DNA of 64,000 bases from Pirellulales bacterium (GCA_963733035.1 CAVTBU010000005.1:2304001-2368000), one strand, 5' to 3'. Numbered from the stretch's first letter, positions 40,524-51,312 are shown. Numbers and translations are program-made. The notes: a model not told the origin generated them from the sequence alone.

Positions 40524-42059
40524 TTACCGTCGCCCGACAGGGCCCACGTCGCGGGGCTGTACGCAGTATTCCAAAATCGTCAGCGCGTCGGCGCCGACAG
40601 GCACTCCGTCCAATTCGCGAGCCGTTTTGATCAGGTGATCGGTCAGCAGACCGGTGAGCCGCTCGACGACTTCCGCGTTCTTAGAATCGGCATAAACGTT
40701 GTGCATTTCGTCGGGATCGCTGTGCAGGTCGTACAGGCGGAACAGGTTTGGCGTGAGGGGCCGCTCGGTGTCGTAGCCGTCAGTGCGGCGGCGGGCATTG
40801 CGCTCATAGACTAACTTCCAGTAGTCGTCGCGGACCATGATTTCGTCGTTCTGCGCGTACTCGACGATCACGTGGTCGCGGTGCTTTGTTGTCTTGCCGT
40901 CGAGCAGTTGGATCATGCTCTTGCCTTGCAGCGGAGCGGTCGTCTGGTAGTCGCACAGGTTGTAGATCGTGGGCACCAGGTCGACCAGTTCCACAAACGC
41001 GTGGGTCAGCCGCCCGCCGGCGATGCGTTTGGGATAGCGAATCACCAGCGGCACCCGGACCGCCTGTTCGTAGCTGCAGTGCTTCTCGAAGCGGCCGTGC
41101 TGTCCGAGCATGTAGCCGTGGTCTCCCAGGTAGACGACGATCGTGTCTTTGGCCTGCCCCGATCGCTCCAGCGCGTCGAGCACGAGGCCAACGTTCTGGT
41201 CCATGTATTCGACCGACGTGTAGTACGCGGCATTAATGCCCTGCTTCTCGGCGTCGGTCAGGTCGCGAAATTCGGCCGGAATCTGATCGTCGTCTTCCGG
41301 TCCCACCGGCGGCACGTCGAACGACTCCGGCTGATATCGCCCGCGAAATTCCAGCGGAAAGCGAAAGGGCGAGTGCGGCTCGTAGAAGCTGACCATCAAG
41401 AAATACGGCTTCTCGTGCGGCGCTTCGATGTACTCGGCCGCCTGCTGGGCGAAATAGGTGGCGTCGGTCTGCGCATCAACGGTATCCACCGGCCGGCATT
41501 CGGCATTGAGCCAAATGCGCGCCGGGTCTTTGAACGGATGCCAGGGCGGTTGCACGAGCACGCCCTCGGGCGTTGGCGGCCGCTTCTGCTCGCGCAGCCA
41601 GCGGCGGTACTCACCCATGTCGACGCGCAGATCGAACCCGTGCGAGAGATTGCTGTTGAAGTGCATCTTGCCGATCGACGCCGTGTCGAAACCAGCCAGT
41701 CGCAATGTCTCGGCCATCGTGACTTCGCTCTCAGGCAGCGGCGTCTGCAGCAGCGTCACGCCGATCGACCGCGGATACCGGCCACACAAGAACGACTGCC
41801 GCGAGGCCGTGCAGACCGGCGAATTGCAGTATGCCCGCAGAAAATGGATGCCGCCGGCGGCCAGGCGGTCGATGTTCGGGGTGCGAATCTGTGGGTTGCC
41901 GTACACGCCGGTGACGTAGGCCGCGTGATCGTCGGAGCAAATCACCAGTACGTTCGGCGGCCGGCCGTCGCGGGCGATGGCGCTCCGAGGAATCATCGGC
42001 AGGCAAACGATTGCCAGGAAAAAAACGGCTCGGGCGCGGTATCGAAAGTTGCCTGTCAT
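40524..42059 (-). CDS. Sulfatase (Cys-type FGly)
   Basis: DDH, CTASR..LCGRY, GKMH, DHG and EKH motifs. Confidence 0.9.
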   Translation of the reverse strand: MTGNFRYRARAVFFLAIVCLPMIPRSAIARDGRPPNVLVICSDDHAAYVTGVYGNPQIRTPNIDRLAAGGIHFLRAYCNSPVCTASRQSFLCGRYPRSIGVTLLQTPLPESEVTMAETLRLAGFDTASIGKMHFNSNLSHGFDLRVDMGEYRRWLREQKRPPTPEGVLVQPPWHPFKDPARIWLNAECRPVDTVDAQTDATYFAQQAAEYIEAPHEKPYFLMVSFYEPHSPFRFPLEFRGRYQPESFDVPPVGPEDDDQIPAEFRDLTDAEKQGINAAYYTSVEYMDQNVGLVLDALERSGQAKDTIVVYLGDHGYMLGQHGRFEKHCSYEQAVRVPLVIRYPKRIAGGRLTHAFVELVDLVPTIYNLCDYQTTAPLQGKSMIQLLDGKTTKHRDHVIVEYAQNDEIMVRDDYWKLVYERNARRRTDGYDTERPLTPNLFRLYDLHSDPDEMHNVYADSKNAEVVERLTGLLTDHLIKTARELDGVPVGADALTILEYCVQPRDVGPVGRR

Positions 42060-42703
42060 GCGGGTTTCCTCAGTGCAAGTTGTTCGACGATCGCCGGCGA
42101 CGGCGCGAAGCCGGCCTCGGCCAGCGCGGACAGGTAATCGGCCGGGGCATTCAGGTTTCTCAGGGTATCGAGCCGCGGATCGACGTCGCGCAGTTCGACT
42201 TCGCTCACGCGCCGGGTCGGCACGCAATCGAAAAGGTCTGCCGGCCGCATGCGATCGGCCGCCAATAGTTCGTCAATCACGTCGACAAGACTCGTACGAT
42301 ACACGGCGGCCAGCGATTGCAAGTAACCGCCGCTCACGGGCACCGCCGCCGCATCTTCGCCCAACAGCGCGAACATTCGCCGCACGAAGTTGGGCACCAG
42401 CAGTGGCACGTCGCAGCCGGTGGCATAAGACGCTCGCACATCCTCGGGCATCGCCCGCAAGCCGGCTGCAAGTCCTTCCAAAGGCCCGCGATCGGGCTGG
42501 CGATCGTACGCGACGATTACCGGCCGATTCAACGGCGGCAACTCCTGACCGGTCGCCGCCACGACGACGACCGGTTCGCACGCCTCGCCAACCAACCGCA
42601 CAATGCGCTGGAGCATCGTCTCGGGGCCAAACGGCAGGGACGCTTTCGGCACGCCCATCCGCGTGCTGTGTCCGCCGCAGAGAATGATCGCGCCGTGGGT
42701 CAT
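42056..42703 (-). CDS. mobA: Molybdenum cofactor guanylyltransferase
   Basis: ILCGG.STRMG.PKA, GPLEGL, CDVP and NLN.P.D motifs. Confidence 0.85.
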   Translation of the reverse strand: MTHGAIILCGGHSTRMGVPKASLPFGPETMLQRIVRLVGEACEPVVVVAATGQELPPLNRPVIVAYDRQPDRGPLEGLAAGLRAMPEDVRASYATGCDVPLLVPNFVRRMFALLGEDAAAVPVSGGYLQSLAAVYRTSLVDVIDELLAADRMRPADLFDCVPTRRVSEVELRDVDPRLDTLRNLNAPADYLSALAEAGFAPSPAIVEQLALRKPA

Positions 42704-42854
42704 GAGAACCTATCGAACGTGAGTACCAGTATTGCGTCGCCCGTTTCTGCTTCTCGTTCCATACAAGAACTTCGATTATACTCCGGCAACATGGCCTGTT
42801 GATCCGACTTTGACGTGCGAATCTACCGACGACTGCAGACAATACGGTGCATCC

Positions 42855-43160
42855 ATGAGCGATCGGCCCGATTGGCTTCCCGAGCCCGTGCGTCCGTCCG
42901 GCCCACCGCTCAGCGAACGCTTGCATGTCGGGGCTGCCAGCGTCGCGTCCTTGCTGCTGGGAGTACTCGGCACCGTGATGCTTGGAACGGCTCTGTTCAT
43001 GACCATCGCCGGGTTCACAGGTTTTAACCGCCACGTCGACTTCCGCGTGGTGGTGTCGTATGTCGTGCCCGGCCTGTTTATGACGACGCTGGCGTACTTG
43101 CTGCGTTGGTGTTTGCGCCGTGTTCGACCTCAAGTGTACAAGCCACGCCCACCCGCCTGA
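42855..43160 (+). CDS. Small 2-TM hypothetical protein
   Basis: Two hydrophobic helices; directly upstream of fhcC. Confidence 0.5.
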   Translation: MSDRPDWLPEPVRPSGPPLSERLHVGAASVASLLLGVLGTVMLGTALFMTIAGFTGFNRHVDFRVVVSYVVPGLFMTTLAYLLRWCLRRVRPQVYKPRPPA

Positions 43161-43181
43161 ACCATTCGATCAACCTTTCTC

Positions 43182-43997
43182 ATGCCCTTGCGTCTAAAGT
43201 ACAAACAGCCGCAGTCCGTGCCCGTCGAAGTCGAGGGGCTGCTCCCCGAAGCCGTATGCGCACTCTCTGTGCCCGAAATCGAACAGTTTGAAATCTTTCG
43301 CGGCAACCAAAAGCTGCCGCTGGCCGAGTTGTTCGACGTCAGCGGTGATGCGAGCGACTTGCAAATGGAGTTCGAGGGGGATCTGTCGGGCGTGCACTGG
43401 ATCGGCGCCAAGATGGCCGCCGGCTCGGTTCGCATCAACGGCCCCGCGGGCCGGCACGTCGGCAGCGAGATGTCGGCCGGTACGATCCACGTGCACGGCG
43501 ACGCCGGCGATTGGGTCGGGGGCGAACTGCACGGCGGATTGATTCATATTCACGGCCGAGCCGGCAACTTGATCGGCGCGGCCTATCGCGGCAGCAAGCG
43601 CGGCATGACGGGTGGCACGATCCTCGTCGAAGGACCGGTCGGCGACGAAATCGGCCACACCCTGCGCCGCGGCCTGATCGCGGTCGGCGGCGCGGGAGAC
43701 TTCGCCGGCATCAACATGATCGCCGGCACGCTTCTGATCTTTGGCCCCGTGGGCGTGCGCACCGGAGCCGGCATGCGCCGCGGCACCATCGGTTTGCTGG
43801 GCGGCGGCCCGCCCTCCCTCCTGCCGACGTTCCGCCGCGGCGGCAGCGACAAGCTGCTGATCCAGAAGCTCGTGCTCCGCGAGCTACAGCACCTGGGCTA
43901 CCCCTTCGACCCCGCCCTGCTGGAAGCCAGCTACCAGCTGTACCACGGCGACGAAGTGACGGTCGGCCGTGGGGAGTTGTTGGTGCCGGTGGGTTAG
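43182..43997 (+). CDS. fhcC: Formylmethanofuran dehydrogenase / formyltransferase-hydrolase complex subunit C
   Basis: GXGXG beta-helix repeats (G..M..G.I.V.G), GMTGG and GMRRG. Confidence 0.85.
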   Translation: MPLRLKYKQPQSVPVEVEGLLPEAVCALSVPEIEQFEIFRGNQKLPLAELFDVSGDASDLQMEFEGDLSGVHWIGAKMAAGSVRINGPAGRHVGSEMSAGTIHVHGDAGDWVGGELHGGLIHIHGRAGNLIGAAYRGSKRGMTGGTILVEGPVGDEIGHTLRRGLIAVGGAGDFAGINMIAGTLLIFGPVGVRTGAGMRRGTIGLLGGGPPSLLPTFRRGGSDKLLIQKLVLRELQHLGYPFDPALLEASYQLYHGDEVTVGRGELLVPVG

Positions 43998-44112
43998 GCT
44001 ACTCGCTGCTACTTTCACTAGGTTAGCGGACGAAATCCACGTTAGCACACTGCCGCATGCCGTGCCTCCAGCATCGTTGCACGGATCTGCGGGAAGCCGC
44101 GACGCGAATCGC

Positions 44113-44166
44113 TTGACACCTCAGATACTTTGTCTTAGAATCCACGTCAGACGTGTTATCTGAGGT
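44113..44166 (+). promoter_or_regulatory. Sigma70-type promoter with overlapping inverted-repeat operator
   Basis: TTGACA-17 bp-TAGAAT; ACCTCAGATA (44118-27) / TATCTGAGGT (44157-66) inverted repeat. Confidence 0.7.
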
Positions 44167-44207
44167 TTGTTGGTTTTCCACCCGGTCCTGCGGATCGCTA
44201 CGATACG

Positions 44208-44606
44208 ATGGCCCAAATTCGCCTCACCGATGCGGAATTTGCCGTGCTTGAACCGCTGTGGCATGACGGGCCGCGGACGATTCGGCAGTTGACAGCGCGG
44301 CTCTATCCGGGGCAGTCGACCTCGGACTATGCGACCGTGCAAAAACTGCTCGAACGGCTGGAGGCAAAAGGTTGCGTCCGGCGCGATCGCTCGGCGCTGG
44401 CGCATGTGTTTCGGGCCACGATTGCCCGCGAGCAGCTCATCGACGAGCAATTGCGGCAGATTGCCGATCGGCTGTGCGACGGATCGCTGGTGCCGGTATT
44501 GAATCAACTGGTCCGCCAGGTGCCGCTCTCGCGCGACGAACTGGCCGACTTGAAGAAGCTGCTGGATACGCACGCCAAACGTCCCCGCTCCGAACGCAAA
44601 TCATGA
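44208..44606 (+). CDS. BlaI/MecI/CopY family repressor
   Basis: LTDAEFAVL..LW, TVQKLLERLEAKG.V.R and LS.DEL..L motifs. Confidence 0.9.
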   Translation: MAQIRLTDAEFAVLEPLWHDGPRTIRQLTARLYPGQSTSDYATVQKLLERLEAKGCVRRDRSALAHVFRATIAREQLIDEQLRQIADRLCDGSLVPVLNQLVRQVPLSRDELADLKKLLDTHAKRPRSERKS

Positions 44607-46177
44607 ACGCCTGGCTCGAAATCGGATTGTCGAACGCGGTGGTGGCCACGGCACTGGCCGCGCTGGTGTGGTGCCTGACGCGCATCGTGCGGCGCCCGAA
44701 GTTCGCCTTCGTGCTGTGGTCGCTGGTGCTGGTCAAGTTGCTCGTGCCCGGCGTGGGCGCCGGCTGGACGACGTATCGGATGACGATTCCGCGGAGCGAG
44801 CCAGCCCTGGTTTCGCAAGTTGCGGATGAGCCCGCGACTCAGATGCCCGTTGCGGCAAGCAAAATGGCGCCCATCGTTCGTAAGGATTCGGTCGAACCGG
44901 CTGCGATGCCACAGGCGACCGATGCGGTCGCCGAGCGGATCAATCCAGTTGAGACGAAGCAACTTGCCGAAACGCCGCCGTCCGAGCCGTGGGACATCTC
45001 TTGGACCAGTCTTGTCGGCATCGCCTGGCTCGCGGGCTCGGTCCTGTGGCTGCTGGTGGCGGTTTTTCGCTTGCTCCGATTTCAACGCCTGTTGGCGCGG
45101 GCGCCGCTGGCTGGCGAGGCGCTCACGGCTGAAGTTGCCGGGCTCTGCCGACGACTGAAGATCAAAACGATTCCGACCGTGCGGGTAACGATCGCCGCCG
45201 TGACTCCGTTGGTGTGGTCCACCTTGGGACGCTCGACCGTGCTGCTGCCGCAAGTACTCGTCGACCGCCTGGATGACGATGAGCGCACGACGCTGATCGC
45301 GCACGAATTGGCCCACGTGGCGCGCCACGACGGCTGGGTGCGGTGGCTGGAACTGGCGGCCGTCGGCGTCTACTGGTGGCATCCGGTCGCCTGGTGGGCA
45401 CGACGCAACGTCGCGCGGGCCGGAGAACTGTGTTGCGACGCGACGGTTGTCGACCTGCTGCCGGAGATGGCGCACGCCTATGCCCGCACGCTGTTGGCGG
45501 CGGTTGAGTTTTGTGGTGGAGCTCGGTCGGCGCTACCCGCCGGATCGAGTGGATTTTCGCAAGCCAGCACTCTTAAAAGGAGGATGGAAATGATTCTGGC
45601 ACATCGGCAAACGCAACGTCTTGGCTGGCCGCTACGACTGGCCATGGTCGGTTTGGCAGCCGTGGTGCTGCCGGCGTCGATCGGCGCGGTCGCGGCCCCG
45701 CCTGACAGCTCGCCGGCCGCAGCGAAAGCGGCCTCGTCAGCGGCCAAGCCGGGCCGTTCGGTCGAGGAGCGGCTGGACCGGCTCGAAAAAATGATCGAAG
45801 CCTTGACGCGGGAAGTTCGCGCCATGCGGTCGGCGGAGATCGCCAACGCCGAGCCGGCGGTGATCAAAACCGTTCCGGAAAACGGCGCCGAGGACGTCGA
45901 TCCAAACCTCGCCGAGATTCGTGTCACGTTCAACAAGGACATGCAAGACGGCACGTGGTCGTGGACGCAGCGCTCGGACGACACGTTTCCGGAAGTCACG
46001 GGCAAGATCCACTACCTCGACGACCACCGCACTTGCGTGCTGCCAGTCAAACTGCAGCCGGGCAAGACCTATTACCTGAGCATCAACTCCGCGCGGTTCC
46101 GCAACTTCCAGGACACCAGCCGGCGGCCCGCGGTGCCGTATCCCATCGCGTTCAAAACCAAGGGGGCCGCGGAGTAG
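44603..46177 (+). CDS. BlaR1/M56 peptidase with C-terminal Ig-like domain
   Basis: HELAH, WWHP and ELCCD motifs; C-terminal TVPENGA.DV...VTFNKDM...LQPGKTY. Confidence 0.85.
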   Translation: MNAWLEIGLSNAVVATALAALVWCLTRIVRRPKFAFVLWSLVLVKLLVPGVGAGWTTYRMTIPRSEPALVSQVADEPATQMPVAASKMAPIVRKDSVEPAAMPQATDAVAERINPVETKQLAETPPSEPWDISWTSLVGIAWLAGSVLWLLVAVFRLLRFQRLLARAPLAGEALTAEVAGLCRRLKIKTIPTVRVTIAAVTPLVWSTLGRSTVLLPQVLVDRLDDDERTTLIAHELAHVARHDGWVRWLELAAVGVYWWHPVAWWARRNVARAGELCCDATVVDLLPEMAHAYARTLLAAVEFCGGARSALPAGSSGFSQASTLKRRMEMILAHRQTQRLGWPLRLAMVGLAAVVLPASIGAVAAPPDSSPAAAKAASSAAKPGRSVEERLDRLEKMIEALTREVRAMRSAEIANAEPAVIKTVPENGAEDVDPNLAEIRVTFNKDMQDGTWSWTQRSDDTFPEVTGKIHYLDDHRTCVLPVKLQPGKTYYLSINSARFRNFQDTSRRPAVPYPIAFKTKGAAE

Positions 46178-46318
46178 TTACGCAATCCGTTCGAGCAAGC
46201 CGATTCAGGCTCCGTGCGCACTTATTGAGGGTGGAGTTCTTGCGCATTCAAAAGTGCTCGAATTCGGAGGGGGAACGCGTTAAGATACGTGCGCTCGTGC
46301 CTCCTTGGAGTCCATGTC

Positions 46319-46591
46319 ATGTCGGATGAGCAAACTCGGCTATTGCAACAGATCCTCGACGTTTCGAAAGAACAGTTGGCCTTTGTAAAACAGCAACGCG
46401 AGGAATTGATGGCCATGCAGCGCACCGCGCTGCAAGGTCAAAAATCAAGCCTGCGGATGTCGCGATTCGTGATCGCATTCATGTTAATCGCGGTGGCCCT
46501 GCTTATTGCGGTCTCCGTGCTGTCGTCACGCAACGAGGATGTAAAGCAGCCCACTGAACAGGCAGGCTTTATGGACGAAGCAGAACTCTGA
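46319..46591 (+). CDS. Small coiled-coil single-TM protein
   Basis: GGAG RBS; coiled coil followed by a TM helix. Confidence 0.55.
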   Translation: MSDEQTRLLQQILDVSKEQLAFVKQQREELMAMQRTALQGQKSSLRMSRFVIAFMLIAVALLIAVSVLSSRNEDVKQPTEQAGFMDEAEL

Positions 46592-46705
46592 CTGCCGATT
46601 GGCCCACGTGCGAAAAGAGCATCGCCGGCTTGGCGATGCTCGGCCGGGGCGTCATAATGGGCTGCCATCCACCCTGCCCAATTGGCCCACCCCGGAGCTG
46701 CCGCC

Positions 46706-47134
46706 ATGAAGTGTCGCCTGTCCATCGTTCTTGGCCTGTTGATCGTCGCCACGACTCTGCTAACGCGCAGCCGCGGCGCTGGCGCGGAGGATGCCCAGCC
46801 AACCCGCTTGTTCGAACTGCGCACCTATACCACGAACGACGGCAAGCTCGACGAGCTGCACAAGCGGTTTCGCGAGCACACGAACAAGTTATTTGTGAAG
46901 CACGGCATGGAACTCGTCGGCTATTGGACGCCGGCCGAAGGTCCGGAAGCCGACAACACGCTGGTCTACATGCTGGCCTATCCGAGCCGTGAAGCCCGCG
47001 ACGCATCGTGGAAGGCGTTCCTGGCCGATCCCGATTGGCAGGCGGCCTACAAGGCATCGCACGCCAATGGACCGCTGGTGAAGAAAGTGGATAGCAAGTT
47101 TTTGAACCCCACCGACTACTCGCCGATCAAGTAG
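46706..47134 (+). CDS. NIPSNAP family protein
   Basis: FELRTY, LVYMLAY, W.AF..DP.W and PTDYSP motifs. Confidence 0.9.
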   Translation: MKCRLSIVLGLLIVATTLLTRSRGAGAEDAQPTRLFELRTYTTNDGKLDELHKRFREHTNKLFVKHGMELVGYWTPAEGPEADNTLVYMLAYPSREARDASWKAFLADPDWQAAYKASHANGPLVKKVDSKFLNPTDYSPIK

Positions 47135-47223
47135 TTTCGCAGATCGCTGCAAATCGCTCGCGCGTCGTTGCGTGGGATTCGATCGGCTGGCGGCGGGTAA
47201 ATCTGTTTAGGAGTAGAAGCAAG

Positions 47224-47817
47224 ATGACCGACCGCGAACGCTGGACGGTTTACCCGTTGTTGTTTTTGGCCCTGGGCGTTTCCCTCAAGGACAAGCTGAC
47301 CCAGTCGATCACCACCAATGAGGTTCGCTGCAAAGCGATGATCTGCAACGAGCTATTGGTCGCCAACGCCGCCGGAACCGACCGCCTGCAAGCCGTCGGT
47401 GGAAACTTGCAGGCCAACAGCCTGATCGTCGGTGAAAAGAAGGACCAGCGTGTGGCCCTGTCCGACGGCACCGTGCGGGCGCCGAAGCTGTTTTGTGGCG
47501 CGCTCGTGGTGGCCAATGCGGAAGGAAAGGAAACGGCTGCGATCTCGACCAACGAATTCGGCGGCTTCGTGCGAGTGACGGGAATTCCGAGCGGCACGGT
47601 CACCCTGTTGGGCAATACCGATCAAGTCGCCGGACTGTTCTTCATCGATCCGCGCGGCGCAGTGCATGCCGGCCCGATCTTCGCCTCGCCGATCTCCACC
47701 AAAAGGCCGGCCGAAAGCAAATCCACCCCGCCCGTGAAGGCCAGTCCCATGACAGAGTCGGAGACGCAGGACGACAACGAACCGGCCGAAGCGGCACCGG
47801 CGGCGAAACCCAAGTAA
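47224..47817 (+). CDS. Hypothetical protein
   Basis: AGGAG RBS; N-terminal hydrophobic segment. Confidence 0.6.
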   Translation: MTDRERWTVYPLLFLALGVSLKDKLTQSITTNEVRCKAMICNELLVANAAGTDRLQAVGGNLQANSLIVGEKKDQRVALSDGTVRAPKLFCGALVVANAEGKETAAISTNEFGGFVRVTGIPSGTVTLLGNTDQVAGLFFIDPRGAVHAGPIFASPISTKRPAESKSTPPVKASPMTESETQDDNEPAEAAPAAKPK

Positions 47818-47866
47818 CTTGCTGCACCGCATCGACCGGCTGAATTGGCCGCGGCTGCTCGCGCGA

Positions 47867-48148
47867 TTACTTGGGCGCGAACCGGAAGCGAATGTGCTCG
47901 ACGAGCACACGACGATACTCTTCGGCGTCGACGTCGCGCTCGCTGCACACCAAAAACAGCGATCCGTCGTCGCGGAAGTTGTCGTCCCAGGCTATCAACT
48001 GCTCGTCACTCCAGGTCGGATCGTACTCGGCCAGCTTCTCGTCCGACATGCGGCTGAAATACGCCCGCAGGTTGATGTCGGTTTCGTCCATGGCCATGCC
48101 GGCCGGCATGCGTTCGTAATTGATTTCGTCCGCGTTCGGATTGCTCAT
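47867..48148 (-). CDS. Hypothetical acidic protein
   Basis: Strong GC3 codon bias and protein-like composition. Confidence 0.6.
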   Translation of the reverse strand: MSNPNADEINYERMPAGMAMDETDINLRAYFSRMSDEKLAEYDPTWSDEQLIAWDDNFRDDGSLFLVCSERDVDAEEYRRVLVEHIRFRFAPK

Positions 48149-48279
48149 TGCCACAGATCTCACTGGAAAGGATCGAAGGAAGTGACTCGCCGACGAACTT
48201 CATTGTACCCGGAGGCCGGGGCGGAAAACACTTCTCCGACCGTTTCTCGCCGCGCCGCCCCTTGCCAGACTGATCCTGG

Positions 48280-48681
48280 CTACGGCCCGAACTCCACCTT
48301 GTCGGCCAGGTCGCGTACGACGTTGAGTGGAATGCCGTCGCGCTCGAGGTCTTGCAAGTTTCGATACGGCCGGCCGGCGAAAATGTGGGCGGCCATCGAC
48401 GAATTGATGCCCGGCAGGCTCTGAATCTGGAAGAACGACGCCGAGTTGATATCCACCTTGCGCGGCACGTAGGGGGCAATCAGCGGCCGCGTCGGCTCGC
48501 TGGGTGCTGGGCTTGGCTCGGCGGGCTTGAGCGGCGTGGGCCGATGCGAGCGAAACAGGGGCCACAGCCTGAGCAATAGCTCGGGTGGCGGCTGGATATT
48601 GCCGTAACTTGCCGGCGCCGCAACCCATAGCGCCGCCAGCATCACGATCGTTCCGCCACAGATTCTTCGCAACCCTGGCAT
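48280..48681 (-). CDS. Exported helix-hairpin-helix (ComEA-like) protein
   Basis: KVDINSAS...LPGI...RPY...DL; signal peptide; GGAGGAG RBS. Confidence 0.7.
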   Translation of the reverse strand: MPGLRRICGGTIVMLAALWVAAPASYGNIQPPPELLLRLWPLFRSHRPTPLKPAEPSPAPSEPTRPLIAPYVPRKVDINSASFFQIQSLPGINSSMAAHIFAGRPYRNLQDLERDGIPLNVVRDLADKVEFGP

Positions 48682-48885
48682 ATTCGCTCCTCCTCGCTTG
48701 GGAATGCCGAAGTCCGGCGGCCTTCCCCGCGTCAATTGTACAACATAATTGAGGGAACTCGCGGCACGACTCGCACGGCCGGCAATTGCTGGACAACCGG
48801 GCAACTCGCTCGCGACAATGCGGCGAAACGGTGCCTTGCGGCAACTCGCACAATCATCGGACTTTCCGCACCTCGGAGCGACACC

Positions 48886-49853
48886 ATGGAGCGACGCGAA
48901 TTTCTCGGCGGCACGCTGTCCGCCACCTTCTTGGCGCAGAAGCGAAGCAGAAATCGAAACCGGCCACGCCGCCGCAATTGGCCGGCGACGTGACTCAAGT
49001 TCCGCGGCCGCTGATCGAACGGGCCGCCTCCGGCCAGCCGCATCGGGGCAAAGTGCTGGCCACCATCGCCCCGCATTCCGACGATCACTCGATCCTGGCA
49101 GGCGGCACGATCGCCAAGCTGATCGCCGAGGGCTACACCGGCTACCTGATCCGAACCAGCAACGACGAAATGGACTCCTACGATCTGTCAAAGGGCGAGA
49201 CGGTGGCGGCCAACGAATCCGACAACCAGCGGATGGCCCAGGTGCTGGGCATCAAGCAGGTATTCGATTTGAACTACCGCAATCACTCGATGGACGACGT
49301 CTCGCGCGTCGAGTTTCGCAGCCGATTGATCTTTCTGATTCGCCTGCTGAAGATCGACACCATTTTCAGTTACGACCCCTGGGGGCACTACGAAGAGAAC
49401 CCCGACCACTACGTCACGGCCCAGTGCGTCGAGGCCGCCTGCTGGATGGCCGCCGGTCATCTTGACTTTCCGGAACATTTCGCCGCCGGGCTGAAGCCGC
49501 ATGCCGTGCGCGAAAAATACTACTACGCCCGCGGCCCGCAACTCGTCAATCGCGTGGTCGACATCTCCGGCACGATCGAACAGAAACTGGCGGCGATTCG
49601 CGCCAACCGCACGATGATCGCGCACATGGTCGGCGAATTTCGCGACGAACTGGCGACGCGCAATCTCAAATTACCGGAACTGGAGGGAGGCACCGACGCG
49701 GCCATTGCGGCTTATGTCGACCTGCGGTTCCGCAGCGGGTTTGCCAAACGCGGCGAACCGTACGGACTGGCCTACGCCGAGCAGTTCCACTACATCGGCC
49801 CCGATACGTCGCTGGACGACTACATCGAAAAGCACGCCGTGCCAATCAAGTGA
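48886..49853 (+). CDS. PIG-L family deacetylase, Tat-exported (frameshift near 48940)
   Basis: The MERREFLG leader is in one frame; PHSDD and NPDH are in another. Confidence 0.8.
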
Positions 49854-49890
49854 GGCGTTGCAATTGGAATGACGCGACAAACGCGTAAGG

Positions 49891-51114
49891 CTACTTGCCA
49901 ATTGCGATCAGGTGCTTCTCGCCGCGGAAGATGAGTTGGCCGTGGCTGATGGCCGGCGAGGCGTAGGAGTATTCGCCGAGATCGTTTTCGGCGAACACTT
50001 CGAGCTTTTCGCCGGGGCGGACGATCGTGGTATGCCCCTCGTCGGAAGTGAAGTACACGAGGCCTCCGGCCGAGACCAGCGAACTGGAGTAGTGCGTGCC
50101 GATTCGCTCCATCCAGAGCCGCTTGCCGGTCTGGGCCTGAAAGCAACTGGCCACGCCGCCGTCGGAGACGACCAGAAAATAATCGCCCGCCGCGATCGGC
50201 GAAGGGACGTAGCTGGCCCCCTTTTTGGTGCGCCAGGCGATGTGCGTATCGGTGACGTTGCCGTGTCCGTCCGGGCGGATGGCCAGCATGTGCAACTCGG
50301 GAAAACCGGCCGTCAGGAACAAGAGATCGCCGTTGTAGACCATCGAGGCCACGAACTGCTCGGTCGGTCCGTCGATGATCCAGTGCCGCGAACCATCGTG
50401 CGGATCGTAACTGGCAACGCACTTGGAGCCCGAGAGAATCATTTGCGTGCGGCCATCGATTTGGCGGATGATGGGCGTGACGTAGCTGCGGGTTTTGTTT
50501 TCGCGATTGGTTTTCCAGCGCAACAGGCCGGTGGCCTTGTCGAGAGCCACGATGTAGGCGTCGCCGTCGTGATCTCCGTTGACAATCACTTCGTCCTCGA
50601 ACAGGACGGGGCAACTGCAATAGCCGTGCTTGCTGGAGAAGCCGCCGGGGCGAACCAGCCACCGCTGGCGGCCGTCGAAGTCGTAGGCGGCCACGACCAT
50701 TTCGGTTCGGTCGAGAAAGGTGACGTAGACCAGCTCGCCGTCGGTGGTCGGGGTGCTCGAAGCGAAGCTGTTGAGCTGATGCTTGTCTTCCAGCGGCGAT
50801 TCGAGCACAAGCTGTTGCCAAAGCTGCTGGCCGCTGGTGCGATCGTAGCAGACGAGGAGTCGCTGTCGGGCTTCTTCCAAACACGAGGCCACAAAGATCC
50901 GGTCGTCCCAGACGATTGGCGAGGCATGCCCCTTGCCGGGCACTTCGACCTTCCAGGCGACGTTTTGCTCGGGGCCCCAGGCCGTTGGGATGCCGGTTTC
51001 CGTGCTGGTGCCATCGCCACGCGGCCCGCGCCACTGGGGCCAATTTTCGGCGGCGGCCGAACCTGCCAGGGCCAGCCAACATCCAAGCAGGCAGAGTGTG
51101 CGGAAGGGCTTCAT
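49891..51114 (-). CDS. PQQ-binding-like (BamB-like) beta-propeller protein
   Basis: ENWPQWRGP, ASPIV and SYVPSP motifs. Confidence 0.85.
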   Translation of the reverse strand: MKPFRTLCLLGCWLALAGSAAAENWPQWRGPRGDGTSTETGIPTAWGPEQNVAWKVEVPGKGHASPIVWDDRIFVASCLEEARQRLLVCYDRTSGQQLWQQLVLESPLEDKHQLNSFASSTPTTDGELVYVTFLDRTEMVVAAYDFDGRQRWLVRPGGFSSKHGYCSCPVLFEDEVIVNGDHDGDAYIVALDKATGLLRWKTNRENKTRSYVTPIIRQIDGRTQMILSGSKCVASYDPHDGSRHWIIDGPTEQFVASMVYNGDLLFLTAGFPELHMLAIRPDGHGNVTDTHIAWRTKKGASYVPSPIAAGDYFLVVSDGGVASCFQAQTGKRLWMERIGTHYSSSLVSAGGLVYFTSDEGHTTIVRPGEKLEVFAENDLGEYSYASPAISHGQLIFRGEKHLIAIGK

Positions 51115-51312
51115 CGAGGCGGGCTCCAGGGGGCGTGGGGGAGGACGGGTGCGGGAATCTCCCGATTTTAGCACCTCGGCCACCTCGAAGCACCTGCCAC
51201 CTCCGACCCCCCGCGTATCAGGCGCTCTTTGCGGAACACCGCCCCAGAGTTAATCTGGTTCGATCGGCCAAACAATTTTTTCTCATTGGTGCGGTCTTAC
51301 GCGCTTCGCTTG

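Noticed and set aside
40505..40526. CAGGGGACGTACCTG as another A arm
   Set aside because: It is only a partial match with no second arm at the expected spacing. It is better explained as a small hairpin plus T-run between convergent genes.
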